A DNA stretch of 64,000 bases from Octopus sinensis (GCF_006345805.1 NC_043015.1:10168001-10232000); one strand, 5' to 3'; shown: positions 25,364-40,589, numbered from the stretch's first letter. The notes: generated by a model not told the origin, from the letters alone. Made by a program: numbers and translations.

Positions 25364-26060
25364 ATAAATAAACACGAGTCGATCAACTATGTGCCTCTTG
25401 TTTATACATCCAATTTTTTCAAAATCTACTGCACAGGCGCAGTTCTTCGCCGTAATGGGAAAATGCTAACTTTTAAAAATCGAAAATTATCCGAAGACTT
25501 ATAATATTTAATCATATCAAAGGGAAATGGAAATTAATAGAATTTTTTATTTCCAGTGTCCTAGCGTGTAAAAATTTAGTCCAAAGATTATGTCCCTGTT
25601 GAAAACGATTTCACCTTGCGAGTAAAAAGTATTTACTTGCTAAACTAACATCAGAAACCAATTGGTCCAGGAAATTAGATGGTAAAGTGCTTTTATTTTT
25701 CCATTTCATTCCTGTCGAACTTTATCACTAACTTTGTGGTTATGGAACCTACCTGTTCTTTCTAGCGTGCTGAATCCCATGAGTGGATTCCTTATATGTT
25801 TAAATGTACATTGTATATTATGACTAATACATAGCCTTTGGACTAAACTTTTACAGGCTAGGCCACTGGAAATGAAAATCTTTATTAATTTCCATCTTCC
25901 TTTGATATGATTAAATATTATAAGTCTTCGGATAATTTTCGGTTTTAAAAAGTAGGCATTTTTTATTGCGGGCGAAGAACTGCGCATGCGCAGTAAACTT
26001 TTGGAAAATTTCGGATGTATAAACCAGAGGCACATAGTTGATCGCCTCGTGTTTATATAT
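25364..26060. mobile_element. TTAA-flanked foldback/MITE with ~220-bp imperfect TIRs
   Basis: TTAA at 25360-25363 and 26061-26064; termini ATAAATAAACACGAG / CTCGTGTTTATATAT; arms about 25364-25586 and 25836-26060. No transposase ORF. Confidence 0.8.
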
Positions 26061-26529
26061 TTAATCTAAAGTGTCCCTGTTGAAAACGATTTCACCTCGC
26101 GAGTAAAAATTATTTACTTGCTAAACTAAAATCAGAAACCAATAGACGCATATTCTACTCATTCTGGTGGTACAATAAATGACCCAATCCGATCCCGCCC
26201 GTCAGTTTGAAGGCAGGCTCTAAGAAAAAAACATTTAAATTCCTCCTGTAGAATCTATTTAATTTTAGAAATAAAAATGTATTTTTATTTACACTGGGTA
26301 TTCATTCAAAATGTGTTTACATTTTGGGAGAAACCCGATTTATATGTATGTGTATATGTGTGTGTATGTATATAACTTGGTGTGCATATGTGCATGTACC
26401 TGTCTGTAGTTGTACATTCGAGATTCGCTCAGAGCAAGCGTAATGTAGTATTTTCACTGCGGCAACTGGTATTCTGCATGTATCATGAAGTGCGCTCATC
26501 TGCTTATTCCCTGTAGGTTTCTACATATT

Positions 26530-26566
<37 letters not shown>

Positions 26567-26572
26567 TATATG

Positions 26573-26694
26573 AATTTGACAGAGGATGTTAGAACGCCTA
26601 GAATGCGAGAAAGAAGAGCTAAATTGGTCCAGCATCACAACGCTTTAGCTCTCATTTCTAGCATTGTAGGTGTTCTAGCACCCTCCGTCATATT
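26573..26694. mobile_element. ~120-bp hairpin, probable tiny MITE
   Basis: Imperfect ~50-bp arms (TGACAGAGGATGTTAGAACGCCTAGAATGC...GAGCTAAA / TTTAGCTC...GCATTGTAGGTGTTCTAGCACCCTCCGTCA) around a ~20-nt loop. Confidence 0.7.
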
Positions 26695-28234
26695 TAACGA
26701 GAATTATCATTTTCCTTTTTGGTGATGCATTGCTAAGCTGCAGCCTAATTTAATTGTGTGTATATATATATATATATTTCTATGTGGTCTATGAGAGTAA
26801 TAACGCCTGATATTTATCGGATATACACCGAAAATATTTATCACATAGATTTGTTTTTTGTCTAAATGTATTCTTTCATTTTAGACCTGTGGTTTTTGTC
26901 GTAAATCAAATTGCAGGTTCACATTGTACAGAATATCCATTCATTTTGTTGCTTTTCCTGTAATACATGTATATTTCTCAGCGAGAAATCACAGATACTA
27001 CAATTCCTGTTTACTCTAAATATATATTCTATGCGTCTCATGAAAGAAAGAAAATCACTATATTATTGCGCATTTCATGTATCCAGTCGTAGCAATCTTA
27101 TCTACATCACTCTCAATCTAATTTTCGGCTCGTGTGTCTTTGACTTGACATATCATAAACATCCGAGCACAGGATATTCAGAATGCTTTAGTAACTGTCA
27201 CTAAACGTTGCAAATATAAGTTTGTTATATTTTGTCTTATCTCTATCGAAATTGTTTTAGTTATTTTCTTTTTACGTATGTATCTGTTTCGTTGCTCTTG
27301 TTGTTTAGATGTTTTTGAAACCCTTGATTATCAAAGGAACAAAATGATTTACATGAAAGCTAATTCCCGTGATATTTGCTCAACATCTTTCTGTGAGTAT
27401 CCATTGATATTATCTTTACCTACAATACACAGACGTGTGGAATCCGAAATTGCATTAGTTTAAATATAGAAAGGCTTCCATTTTATTTTCTACAGTTATT
27501 TAAAGTCCTTTAATCAACAAGAAACAGCAGCCATGTTTCATTGATAGCACGCATTACGATCTCAAATAAAGAAGGACACATCGAATAACCTTATTCTTTA
27601 TATTAAAATAACGTACGATAAAGTCGTATTTGAAAAGGCTGTGGCAGTGTGTCTGCTCAAAGAAGGCCACACTGAAAACTCACCAGCAAAAACATCAAAA
27701 ATACACACATTAAAGGAAATGGTTCGGAATTTATCTAACAGTGAGGTCCATGTTTTCATTAATTCTTCAAAATAAGAATTTCATACTGTTAGCTGCCGTG
27801 CGTCTGTTTGCTAAGTTTCAGTTCCGAGGAAATCGAGACATAACGTTTCTATATGCTAAAAAAAATACTATCATTCATGATTCGTCTTCGATATAAATCT
27901 CTAATTGGCAATCTTCCCAAAGTCTATGAATAATTAGACTGAAAAGGAAATCATGTGGATATTATGCCAATATTGCAAAAGGCGTAGAATGAAAATAGCA
28001 TTTCCAGTATGTCTTGAGATGCTAACAATCAATATTGAGAATTGAAGCAGATGAAAATCTGAACACACCGACAGGAAATGATTGAGTGAAAACTGAAATA
28101 TATCTGTCTTTTAATGTAAATTTCTGAATATATCACATAAGGGTAGTTTTCTATTCGTTTGAAATTTCATCTCAATGAGACGTGGACGATTGTGACCAGT
28201 ATTTCATTAAATGTGAGCTTCTGTGTGTTATTTA

Positions 28235-28445
28235 ATATTGCCCCAAATATTGGCACACGGTTAGTTATTTCAGGAGGCGTGAGATAGCCGATTAAAGTGA
28301 CTCCAATATTTAAGCTATTTTCTATTCCAAAAGAATGTGAAGCAAAGTTTTTCATGGTTGGATTTGAATCAGAGTGTAAGGAACAGAAGGAACCGCTACT
28401 AAGCATTTTGTCAGACGCGCAAAGTTCTATACTGTTGCCACCTTG
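28235..28445 (-). mobile_element. SINE family B, highly degenerate
   Basis: Reverse complement retains GGTGGCAACAG..., AAATGCTTAGTAGCGG, ACTCTGATTCAAATCC. Confidence 0.45.
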
Positions 28446-28793
28446 GTATTATCTATTCCCCTTAGACATTCAGTGATATAATATAATAATGATAACTTTC
28501 TTTGCATAATGATATATGATAGTATTTTAATTGGAAAGTTTCAGTGAATTTTGTATGAAATATGTAATCCTATAAATAACTGTTTCTTAAAATTGGTACT
28601 ATTCACCTGTTGATAAATCCCATAGAAACATATTTTAATAGTTAATTGTCACCGTATGGCCGAAATATTAGACCATCCCATTCATTCGTAACACAGAGTT
28701 ATACTGGACAATTACTAAAGCAGTCCAGAATAAAGAAATGTTTGTAATCCGCATAAAATCTAGTAACGACATAATTGTGTAATAATTATTAGA

Positions 28794-28844
<51 letters not shown>

Positions 28845-29607
28845 CGAGAGAGAGTCTCAAACATTATCTTACACTATAGATTGATATATAAGTCGACATT
28901 TTAGAAAACATTTGATTAAATAATATTATTTTCAATTCAGCTGCAGATTGAGTGGTTGTGTGACAAGAGGAAAAGGTGGCATAATATTTTCTTGTCCTTG
29001 CAGCTGCCGTTACTAATGTCTATCTGTTATATTCTATTTATTTACATAATTTTATTTTAAATTTACGAAATGAAAGCGCAGAAGGAGTTATGTCTGTGAC
29101 ATATTTTGTAACAATGGCATCAGTTTCAGCACCAAAGTTCAACTTCAAAAGAAGCGTACTAAGTTCATGTTTATGAGGAAATATCTGCCTATGATGTTTA
29201 GATGTTGTTTTTCACAATGCATTTATTGTTACTCTACTACAAAAATGATTACAGTCTGTCATCACTGATTTTAAATGTCACGTTTTATTTTTCTCTATGC
29301 ACTACAATTATAAACTTTCTTCAGAAATATATATAGCTTTATCATCCTCTTTGTTTATTGCTGGTCTTAACTTTCTCGAATTTGAGCCTTCATGTCTAAT
29401 TTTAGCCTCCACGTGGACTCATGAGCGAAATCAAGCCCAGGAGTAACGATTGCAAGCAAACCAATTGACAGAATCACAAAATATTTCAGGAGATTAAAAA
29501 TAACAAGCCTCTCTCTCTCTCTTAGCAGCAATATAGGTTCATAGCATCGAAATTAATAGACAGAATCACAAAAATGACTAACAAAATCAATAGAATAATG
29601 ATTTATG

Positions 29608-29700
<93 letters not shown>

Positions 29701-29731
29701 GTAATAATAATAATAATAATAACAATAATAA

Positions 29732-29762
<31 letters not shown>

Positions 29763-29765
29763 AAT
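29608..29765. repeat. (AAT)n microsatellite
   Basis: Directly visible. Confidence 0.95.
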
Positions 29766-31304
29766 CTATACTATAATGGAGAAAGATGCTTATCAATTAG
29801 ATATGTGACAATTAATAAAAGTACTAAAAGAAAGCAATTATTGAAGAGTTGATTGTCTGAAAATATTTTTGTAAATATATGTTCTAAGAAATTTCCTATA
29901 ATTTAAATTTCTCAAATATTTTTAACTCCGTTTTCTCTTAAATTTAAATATTCATTGCATTCACTGCGACCAGTTTCTCACAGATTTAAATATTCATTGC
30001 ATTCACTGCGGAGTATTTCATTTTCCTTTGCAAAGTCTCTCACTTTCTCTTTTGAGTATCCATTCACTATTTGGAAAACCTAAAGTTTATTTTATTAATG
30101 TATATGTAATTTATTCTTTATTATTCTATTAATGTATACGTAATTTATTATTTATTGAATAATTTTTTTATATACCCCTATAATTTTTGAACGTGTGATA
30201 GCTGCGAGATAACTGTGACAAGAGCTTAGGAAGTTGGGTAATTACTATTAGAAGACGAGAAGAAAAAAGTTACGGACAAGTACTCGAAGCATGCACCTTA
30301 TTCACAGATTGCAAACAGTGTACCACTAAGCCAATATAAACACAAGTTGCACGAGCGACTTCAAGAGTGACACACTGGCGCATACACATAAATACACATA
30401 CACATAAGTGAAAGGCAGTGAATGTCTCTATATCATTTAACCACTACCAAATTTCTTCTTTTTTCTCTTTTTCTTAACCACTACCAGGCAGTGAATGTGT
30501 CAGTGCGTATGTGTGTTTGCTGTTCTCCAACAAAACTTCGTGCTGCATTAATTCTTCGATGTTTTGTCAGTCAACAGGTCACGGTTTCATAGCGAAGAAA
30601 ATATATTGACACAAATTAAATTTCAATGTTGACGTGAAATTTGAACTAATTAAATATTGAGGTAGCTTAACCGTATCCCCCTAAATACAGGTGTTACGTA
30701 CAAAAAATGTTTAAAGTACGATCAGTAACCCTAAAGCCAGCCCTAACCCCAAAACTAACACTTTCCTTCATACCGTTACGTATATGCATCGGGACCTCTA
30801 TACTTAAGTAATGCCGTGAAACCAACGGTTTCTATGTGTTCTTAAATGGCTTATAATTATCTACGATGCGATTGTTTTTGTTTCAGCACAAGATCTCAGA
30901 TCAAGTCACTTGCTATGCAAGAACATCGTAATTTTTTAATCACTGTGGATAAATGCCAGCATTCACCTTCACAGGGTCTCCAATATTTTAATTTCTACAC
31001 AGAAACAATCTTTTTATATAGCATATAAATGTATTTATGGGGGGAAATATTAAAGAATCATCAATACATGCGAATGTGATAAAGAAACATGGAGGGTTGC
31101 CTTTGGATATGCTACAAAAACAGCTAAATCGCCCTTAAGTCCCTCACGTTTCCCTCTGAAAACCTTAACCATTTAAAAAACGTTTCTTCCGAAAATACTC
31201 TTCAAACAAATTGGCAAAAATTGGTCTGGAGTGAAATGATGAAGGAGGGGATGTAGAAACAAGAGTTTACAAAACTTTTATTCATACAAAGATACCTGTT
31301 TCTT

Positions 31305-31527
31305 TATTACCCAGAAGGGGCTAAACACAGAGGGGACAAACAAAGACAGACATAGGTATTAAGTCGATTACATCGACCCCAGTGCGTAACTGGTACTTAA
31401 TTTATCGACCCCGAAAGGATGAAAGGCAATGTCGACCTCGGCGGAATTTGAACTCACAACGTAACGCAGACGAAATACCGCTAAGCATTTCGCCCGGCGT
31501 GCTAACGTTTCTGCCAGCTCGCCGCCT
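31305..31527 (-). mobile_element. SINE family B, near-consensus young copy
   Basis: Reverse complement GGCGAGCTGGCAGAAACGTTAGCACGCCGGGCGAAATGCTTAGCGG...GAGTTCAAATTCCGCCGAGGTCGAC. Confidence 0.9.
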
Positions 31528-33439
31528 CTCATATAAAGATACCGCTACCCCATTTGGAAGGCTATGATTGAAAAAAATGAGGAAAATAAGTGAAAATATT
31601 TTCCCCACATATTTCATTATAATCGTAATCTATGCCTTTGAAAGGGATTTGTATAAATGTTCATCAAAAGATAGCCATCTTCCTGAAAGTTATAAGAGCA
31701 TAAATTCAGATCGTGTGAATTTTCTAAAACTCCTCTCTCCACCCCGGTGCAAAACGTCTTTCACATAAATCCCGATATACTCGGAAGCCACAATATTTAG
31801 ACGGAATTTGTAGAAAATTTTGTTAAAATGTATCCATTTTTCTGGATGTCATGAGGCAACAAAATCGGGGGCATATACACCTGTAGTAATACCGTTTATT
31901 TATACGATTTTTTCACTTCATGTTTATTTCAATCCTTGTTTAGAATGTTCTCTCCCCCTCTCTATCTCACACACGCACACACTGCAAAGCTTACAGATGG
32001 GCTACTGAATTGACATTTCGATGTTGCTTTGAGTGGAAGTTAAAACTTGACGAACAGCTTCTCCCTCTGTTATTGGACTATCATGATGTTTGTTTTAGAA
32101 AGAGAGGTTATGACTGTAATAAAATAATGAAAGCAATATGTACTAAGCAAGTGAGCACTATACTACAAACAAATAATTAGACGTAAAATGTAAAAATTAT
32201 TAGAAATGAGAATCAAATGTGAAAATATTATCAGGAAACCATCAGAAAACCGCCCGCAGGGCTTGTTTCTTCTAGTACTACTACTTATCTCTCGGTAACC
32301 GTATTTCGCCATACGTATCGCCAATTTCCACATAATTTTCAACAGCTTAGTCATCTTAATCACTCTCATTGCCTGCGTGCAGGTAAACTCACCGTTCGAA
32401 GAGTAAATTCAATCAATAATTTCTGCAACTGTTGAGTCTAGGCCTTCTTTGTTTACCAAATCAAGTGCTGGCTTCATCACAAGCCCGTTTCTTCCAAAAA
32501 AATCGTTTTATTTTCGATTACAAGCAAAAGTAAGCAACAGCTATGGAGGATGTCATTAACAATGAGTCAAAAACACATCTGATTACAATGTTGCAACGTG
32601 ATCGGTTGTCTGCTTTTCGTAATTTGATTTTTTTTTGTACATGCGTTGTTCATTACCGCTATAAACAGAAGTCTGGAAGAGATTAAATTTAGACTATTGC
32701 CGCTGTACAAGGAACACCGCGCGATAAGGCTAAACAACGGGAACACGTTCACGTGTCAACTCCTTCGGTCGATAACGAATATTTATTGTCACACAAAGCT
32801 TGTGTCTTCTCCTTAATCACTACATTTAGAGGTACCACCTACTACTTACAGAAAAAAGCAAATTAACTTTCCGCAGAGAAACATTGCCCGGGTTCGAAAG
32901 CAATATATTTATTCGGATATCCATCGTTCTTTACCTAAATTGATCATTGCTTTTTATTTTACCTTTCTTTTCCATTAAAAAGTGATGATTTACTGCTAAT
33001 GTCGCTGGTGATGTTTCGGCTGCTGTTGTTGAATAATGCAGTTCTATTTATGATTTCGTGTGTGATTAGGAATTTATAATTGTCTCTTTATGCTATGATG
33101 TTCTAACAATTTTTACTATGCTCCTATATATGACACATTAGTTGGAACGATTGTACACGTGTTCATTGGAACAAATACTAAACACTAATGCAACAACAAC
33201 ATTAGTTCTTTGTAATTCATGCCTTCCCATTGAAGTTTTAAGCCGACCGCAACTACTCTAGTGCTTGACAGACATGTATTTTAATGATTTGAGTTAAGGA
33301 AATGCAAACTTTTCATAAATGTTCTTCGAAATTATGCAAACTATGCCAAACTATTCTGCCAAATCTCCATCATTTAATAATGATTTCTAATATAAACTCA
33401 ACGCCAGCAAATTTTAAAGAAGATACTATTAAGGGTAAG

Positions 33440-33900
33440 GTTGGTTCGACACAAAATATATCTACCCCGCACAGGTGGCCGTGGCCTCACGCAAATATAG
33501 AACTCCTATAAAATTTTTAAAATCTGTTGGACTAGAAATGTACTTCGAAGCAAAAATGTAGAATATATATAAATGCAATAAAAGAATACGATAAAAAGAA
33601 ATCGCTTTTCTCTATACACAACGAGGCGACAAGAAATGCAAAACAGAATCAAACTGCAATGATACACTGATCTCAGATGACAACATAGCAGAAAACAATC
33701 AAAGAGGCAAAAAGCAACTCGAAAACAGAACTAAAAACATACTACAGAAGCCATGGAGGGAAAAGTCATTCCATGGCCAACATCCTGCAACATTGTCCAT
33801 ATTGACCCAGAGGAATAAAATTGATATTCCGTGTTTAGTGCATACAAAAACTCATCAGCGATATTGCAGCATATATCAAGGTCTACAAGAAATAAAATTG
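33440..33900 (+). mobile_element. Decayed R4/Dong-like (RLE-type) non-LTR retrotransposon fragment
   Basis: YLPRTGGRGLTQI (33459) and LQKPWREKSFHGQHP (~33742) match the post-RT motifs LYLPRxxGGRGL and WxxKxLHG; frameshifted. Confidence 0.65.
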
Positions 33901-35299
33901 AGAATATCAGCGTTCCTGGACCTGTAGAGAGTCGTATCTAGAATCAAGAAAATCAAAATCAGACGTTTTAAAGAGACTCAATAACTAACATGGTTTTAGA
34001 TACTCCAAATTACATGATGACACGTTCTCAGTCAGCGGTTTCATTAATCAGAGGCGAACGAGAGTGGAGACACAACAACAAATATTTATATGACATTCAG
34101 GACAGAAATATTAGGGCCTAGACATATTTCGTTCGGGAAAAACATTATTGATAGATAAGATGATAGTCAGGACTCAGAACATGAAATGAAAGCGTGCGCA
34201 GATGCATAACGATTCGAAAGATTTTTGTTATTTATCATACTTAAAATATAAGAATACGTTAAATAGAAACAAATTTGAATAAGAAAGCAAGCCATATAAC
34301 ATGACTGGACTAAATTGAATTTCTCTTTACCATCCTTATGCGTCTTTTAGACACATCATTTCAACGTTGAAACTAGGTACATATATAATAAGTAAATGTA
34401 TACTCATTTATGAAATTCGAAATATATATAATCAACAATATAGTAGAGGTTCCAAATGTAATTAATTAACAGTTAATTTATTCCTATGTGAATAAATCAA
34501 TTAGATAAATCATACAAACAGAAACGGAAGGGCAGATTTATATTTAGAATATATAAAAAGAAATAAAAATAACAGAGAAAAATTCCAGAATAACTGGTTT
34601 TTTTTTACTTGAATAACTGAAGTAATAATAAAAAAAGTGAAAAGACTCTTTTTGAGAAATATCTTTAAACATTGAATAAATTAACAGAGCTGTTTACTTC
34701 TTTCCCAGTTAAAGTATAACGTATGTGGAAAAGCGCCAAGCTAACCCCATACAGATGCAAGCGGAACATAGAATATGTCAAGAAAGAAACGAGATTTAGA
34801 ATTACAAAATGCTAAGATGCTGGAAGAAATAAAATTACATACATGCCAAATTCCCAGGGGAGATTGCATTGCTTAAAAACAGAAAAAATAAAATTAGATA
34901 TGGTTGAAAAAGTTACAACTTAATTTCCTGACTGAAGGGTTGAAATAAAGGGAGAACTTCAAAATATTCCAACAGAAAAACATATGAAGATAGTGAAAAC
35001 AAACACCTAAATTTAGATATTTGGAGAATGTTGAAAAATAACTATAACTAACATTACGCTGGCTGTTTACATGTAGTATATGAATGTATAAAATTAAGAG
35101 TTCTAGGATTAGATGTTTTATTCATAAGACTGAAAGGTCAGTTAGCTTCCTTGATCTTCGAAAATTAGGATAATTCGGTGTTTTACTAAGAAAAGGATGT
35201 TTCTCGACAAATTACGTTGCTCACTTTTTTGTAAATAACATTACATAGCAATTTATTTGCAATTCTGTGGACGTCGACTGACTTCTTCCATAATCTTTT

Positions 35300-35565
35300 T
35301 ATCTTTTATCTCTAACTTTTTTCAGTCATTACACTGAGGCCATGCTGGGGCACAGCCTTGGCGAAATTTTTGTTGAATGAATCAATCCCAGTACCTCATT
35401 TAAGTTTGATCTCTTTTGCAGAAACGGGAGATACGGGGGATATAAACACAGCAACACCACCGACTGCCAAGTGATGGTGGGTGACAATCAGAGACACAAA
35501 GATACACATGCACACGCACACCTGCAGACACGCATTTGTATATGTGTATGTATGTCTGTCTATAA

Positions 35566-35599
<34 letters not shown>

Positions 35600-35765
35600 A
35601 CGACAAGTTGTTTTCAGTTTCCGGCTACCGAATCACATACACACACTTTTGTCCGGCTCAAGGTTATAGTAGAAGACATTTGTCCAAAGTTCCAAACAGT
35701 TCGACTGGAGCCGGAGCCTTGTGACTGGTAGGTAAGCTTCTTACAATACAGCTAGGCCTGCTCGT
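35300..35765 (-). mobile_element. SINE family A, degenerate
   Basis: GGCCATGCTGGGGCAC, TTTCAGTTTCCG and GTTATAGTAGAAGACATTTGTCCAAAG match the minus-strand family-A pattern. Confidence 0.7.
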
Positions 35766-38551
35766 ATGGTTAAAATTGCGATATTAAGGAGAAGAATTCT
35801 TCAAAAGACGCTTTAATTTCCGTTTTAATTCAGTTTTATATCTATGAATTGGATTTGATATATAAACGTGTACATAGCTTTTATTTATAATTGCGGCTGA
35901 GCACACTATAAGTTTTGGGTTACTGCTTGTGTTTGTTTATGTCGATTTAGCTGCTGTTACTGTTGCATTCGTTGTATTTTTCGATTTAGTTTGTAGTGGA
36001 CTGGTTCTTGTATTTCTTAACTAGTTTTAACACACATCGTGGTTTGTCCCTTATTAATGTGGCGCAGAAATTTTCGGTCGGTCATGCTGAAGTTTTATCC
36101 AGTATAGTTCCACAGAAAAAGGGGCGCGCCTTTGGTTTCCAGGTTTTTGGTATTTTACACGTCACCGTAAAAGAGAACTAATAATGATAATTTAGCAAAA
36201 CAATATTAGAGCTTTCGGTTTTCAACAATAGGTTACTACACCAGCAAGACCTAAAAACATTTGCCTTGATGGACAGAAGGAATCAAAGATTTCACGCACA
36301 TTCTTAAAGTTACAAAGCGTACAAATTTCCTTCTTAAGTCGCTTGACAGTGTTGTTTGATCCCATTGCTTTCTTGTTTCTTGAGTATCTATTTCTGTTTT
36401 TTTTTTTTACTGAGAGTCATTGGACATGCATTTCCTATGACCAAGGGACACAACGGGGAGAGAAACCCCTTTGTAAGGAAGGGGATAATTTACTATACCT
36501 GCATTGGGACGTGAATCACGAAATTATTTTCGGTCACTTGTTGGAAACGACAAATGTGCACAATTCCTATCTGAGGATATAAAACACTCTGATGGACGAT
36601 GCTACCCTGTGTAGCACTTGCCCGTCTGCTACCAACTTGTAATATTATGAAATCTCTACTCTGCAAAGGAATGAGGGCGCGGATTTGCTACAAGTCTTCA
36701 GACATGGTTTCGTATGATACGTTTTTGTTAGTTACGTCAGGATACCTCTGTATGGAATTGAGGAGTATGTAAATTATATTTCAGATAGCAAAATCTGGAT
36801 TGTCACTTTGATCATTCATTTCCTGCAAACCTTATTACTGAATATATATTTGGTTTATTTTCTGATGTATTTAGCAACATATGTCATTGGCAGCACTCGA
36901 CTTGTTACCATGACTGGTAGCACTTGAGATATTGTTGGTAATTGCAGTGGTTGTCTAGTGTTTGTATGTGCGGTGGTATAGTAATTTATGTTTTATAACT
37001 GGAAGTTGATGGAGTATTACTAATAATTATAGTTATCAAATGCTCAGACGAATCACAAATTACCATTAATAAACGGTTGCCCCTCGGTAATTTCTACGGC
37101 ATCTTTTATAACAAAAAATAACATTTTTCTTAGTAGAATTTAACAGTTGTGCCAACACTATACATGATAGCAATCTGCTATTTAGTAGACGATGATAAAA
37201 AGAGTTTTCGTTTCCTTAAGACAGTGAGAGGTTATAAGTACTCTGGTTTGTTACTATCTTATGCGATAACACTTCGAAATTCTATCGGGAGAATTAGTCC
37301 AGATATATATTAAGAACGTTTGGAGTTAAGACGTATCCGGTTTCGAAGCTCGGGAAACAAGAACAGATAGAACGGCAGTATAGAAAAAAATAGTAATGAT
37401 GATAGCACTATGACGTATTATATGATGTACACATCTCATCAGCAAATTGCTTTTTCATTTTACCAACTTTCAAACACCAAGTATCAGGTGTCAGATAAAC
37501 ACAACGAATCTGATCTATTTGCAAATGGAAATGCTTTCAAGGAAGTAAAAAAAGAAAGCAAGGTGACATTTGTTTAAATTTTAAATCAATCACAATAGCT
37601 GTCTGACAGTTAATTAATACATCTTTATATTTTACTATCATTTTTACGCTACCCCGTCGCCATATTTTGTCAAATAGTGTTTGTGATTGGGAAGTTTTGA
37701 GATAACACGCTATGAGGTTATTTGCTTCATACCTTTGTGTTGCTGGTTTCTCTTCGTGTTTTGCTAATTAACAAAAGATCTCTGACGGTGAGAAAAGTAA
37801 TAAATCAGTGGAATAAAGGGTAATTGAAACGCAGTTGGACGTTAGAATAATGGATAAAAGAAGGGAAATAATGAATCGTAGAGGGGGAGAAATATTTCAG
37901 AAATCTGAGACCAGCCAAGAAACCAAACTATATCTTAGGTGAAAGAAAAAAATCCGCATGAAATGTTAGTATCGTATGAAGGAAATTAAAAAGAATAATA
38001 AACAGACAGACGTGGAAGTGAGAACCAAAGCAAAATGAATAGAAAATTTTGGAATATATTTGAAATAATAATTTACAGAAAGATATCGCTATGTTGAAAT
38101 CAAAAGAGAATAAACGTAAATGCAATTGAAGAAAACAGAAATAAGAAATATATAAATTTAGTTGAAGAAATGAAGGTCTAATTATAATGTTATGATGGGA
38201 ATATAAACAGAAAAAAAAAGAAAAGCTTATCAAATACAGCCACTGACAAAAATTGTTTATTTTACTTTTGTCTACATTCATACAATGTAAACTGAGATAT
38301 GAAAGCAGTTTGGTGGAGTTTTAAGATCAAAACGTATTCGAAAACTTATGGGCATATTTTTACGTCTATCATATGCGTGTGTGTTCCAGTGTGTGTGCGT
38401 GAGTAAATGTATATGCTACGGAGTGTATTTGTGCGTACAATCACGTGTTGGCTTGTATTTATCAGCTCTTTCGCTATATACCTATCTATTTTGTAATATA
38501 TTCTTCTATCTCTGTGTGTGTCAATCTTTCTCTCCATATACATATGCATAC

Positions 38552-38647
<96 letters not shown>

Positions 38648-39394
38648 CGGATTTATGTATACACACATACAAACACACACAGACATATATGTAATATGAA
38701 GTAACAAAAGATTTGCTTATTTAATCCGTACGCATGACTCCTATTGGATATGTGTTTAAAGGACTAATGTGCATGGTAGAATAAAAATATATTAAAGCAT
38801 AGATATTTGTTTAAAATATATAAATAAATAAAAAAATTATATATATATATGTGTAAATTAATAGATATTAACAAAATCTCCGAATTCAGGCATAAAAACG
38901 TTAAAACATGCGTGTATAGGTAAAAATATTGGAGCAAGTTAGAAGTGGTGACGGAAGTGAACTAATTGATACAATAAGGAGTGAAGTTGAAATTCGGGAT
39001 GGTGAAAATTAGTTAAAGCATGGTACCAACAGTCGTTTCTGAGGGGCATTGCGGGGAAAATAATGGTATATAGTACCCATTATTTGATAGTTTCTTTTTC
39101 ATTAAATCCATCTCCAATCGGAGTCATTTTTGCGGATTGAATTACCAGGTCTTTTGTTTCTTCACATTACATATTTATATATTTCGTCTCAAGTTACACT
39201 TGAGCACTTCTTATTCCAAACCTCTACATTGTGAAATAATTTGTAATCAACCTTCTTTTTCAATATATATATATATATACATACATTTAAAAATGCTATA
39301 GAAGGTGCTTCTCCACTCATCAAACTGGGAGGAGATTTGGCCAAGAGAAATTCATTTCCTCAGATGTCGTCTGTGTTGTATGCATGCATGGTAT

Positions 39395-39604
39395 AGTCGC
39401 CATGATAGATCGGTAGCCACAACGCATTTTTTTCTCTCCTTGCTTCTCTCCTTGTTTTTTCCTGTGTTATTTTCTGTGGAGGAGCGTAGTGTCGAAACGT
39501 AATAGACTTTTTTCAATTCCCGAGCGTTATACTAGTACATCCGTTTGTTTTCTATACCACCTGTCTTCGTCTTTTGTTTTTCCGTGAATTCTCTCTCTCT
39601 CTCT

Positions 39605-39608
<4 letters not shown>
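39395..39608 (+). mobile_element. Penelope-like pLTR fragment with degenerate minimal hammerhead (core CUGUGGA at 39474-39480)
   Basis: Homologous to the reverse complement of 43335-43560; GAAACGUA palindromic stem III; the 3' end runs into (AT)n. Confidence 0.6.
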
Positions 39609-39666
<58 letters not shown>

Positions 39667-39765
39667 ATGTATGAATATATATATATATGCTTGTATGTAT
39701 GTATATTTATATTTATATATACATACATACATACACACATATACATGTGTATTTACATATTTCTG

Positions 39766-39809
<44 letters not shown>

Positions 39810-40205
39810 CATGCATACATACATACACATATATACATGTGTATTTATATATTTTGTAATATGTATATATATATATATATATAAATATACATACATACAT
39901 ATATTTACATGTATACGTATGTGTGTGTCTCTGTGTGTGTCTGTGAGCGTGTCTGAGTATGTGATTGTGTTTATATGTATGCACACACATACATGGCTTA
40001 TATGTTGTGTATTGTTGCCGCATTCATAATGTGAATGAAGCGGTCGGTAGAGCGGGCAACGCCTCTCAAGATTCAGCAATCTGCTGTATATTATGTAACG
40101 CCTGTTGACTTAACTGAAACAATTCCGAACGTAATGTTGCAGCTGTTCACCTTTCAGGCTGCGGAGGGTAGAAGTGCAGCACTCGCAACATTTTATGGTT
40201 ATCCG

Positions 40206-40259
<54 letters not shown>

Positions 40260-40384
40260 GATGTAGTAATAGCATATGTATGTTGCATGCAGAGAAGATT
40301 GCATGCATACATAGCCAAAATAACAACTAATAGTTTTAAGCTTTTATTATACTCTAATTAGTCATGTTTATATAATATTTTCTA

Positions 40385-40589
40385 CTCTATGCCCAAGGAC
40401 CAAAATTGTTGGGGAGGGAGCCGGTCGATTATATCGACTCCAGTACGCAACTGGTACTTAATTCATCAACCCCGAAAGAATCGAAGGCAAAGTAGACCTT
40501 GGCGGAATTTGATCTCAGAACGTAAAGACAGACGAAATACCGTAAGCATTTCGCCCGGCTTGCTAATGTTTCTGCCAACTTGCCGCCTT
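40385..40589 (-). mobile_element. SINE family B
   Basis: Reverse complement matches the family-B head and body, with the CTCCCCAACAATTTTGGTCCTTGGGCATAG-type tail. Confidence 0.85.
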
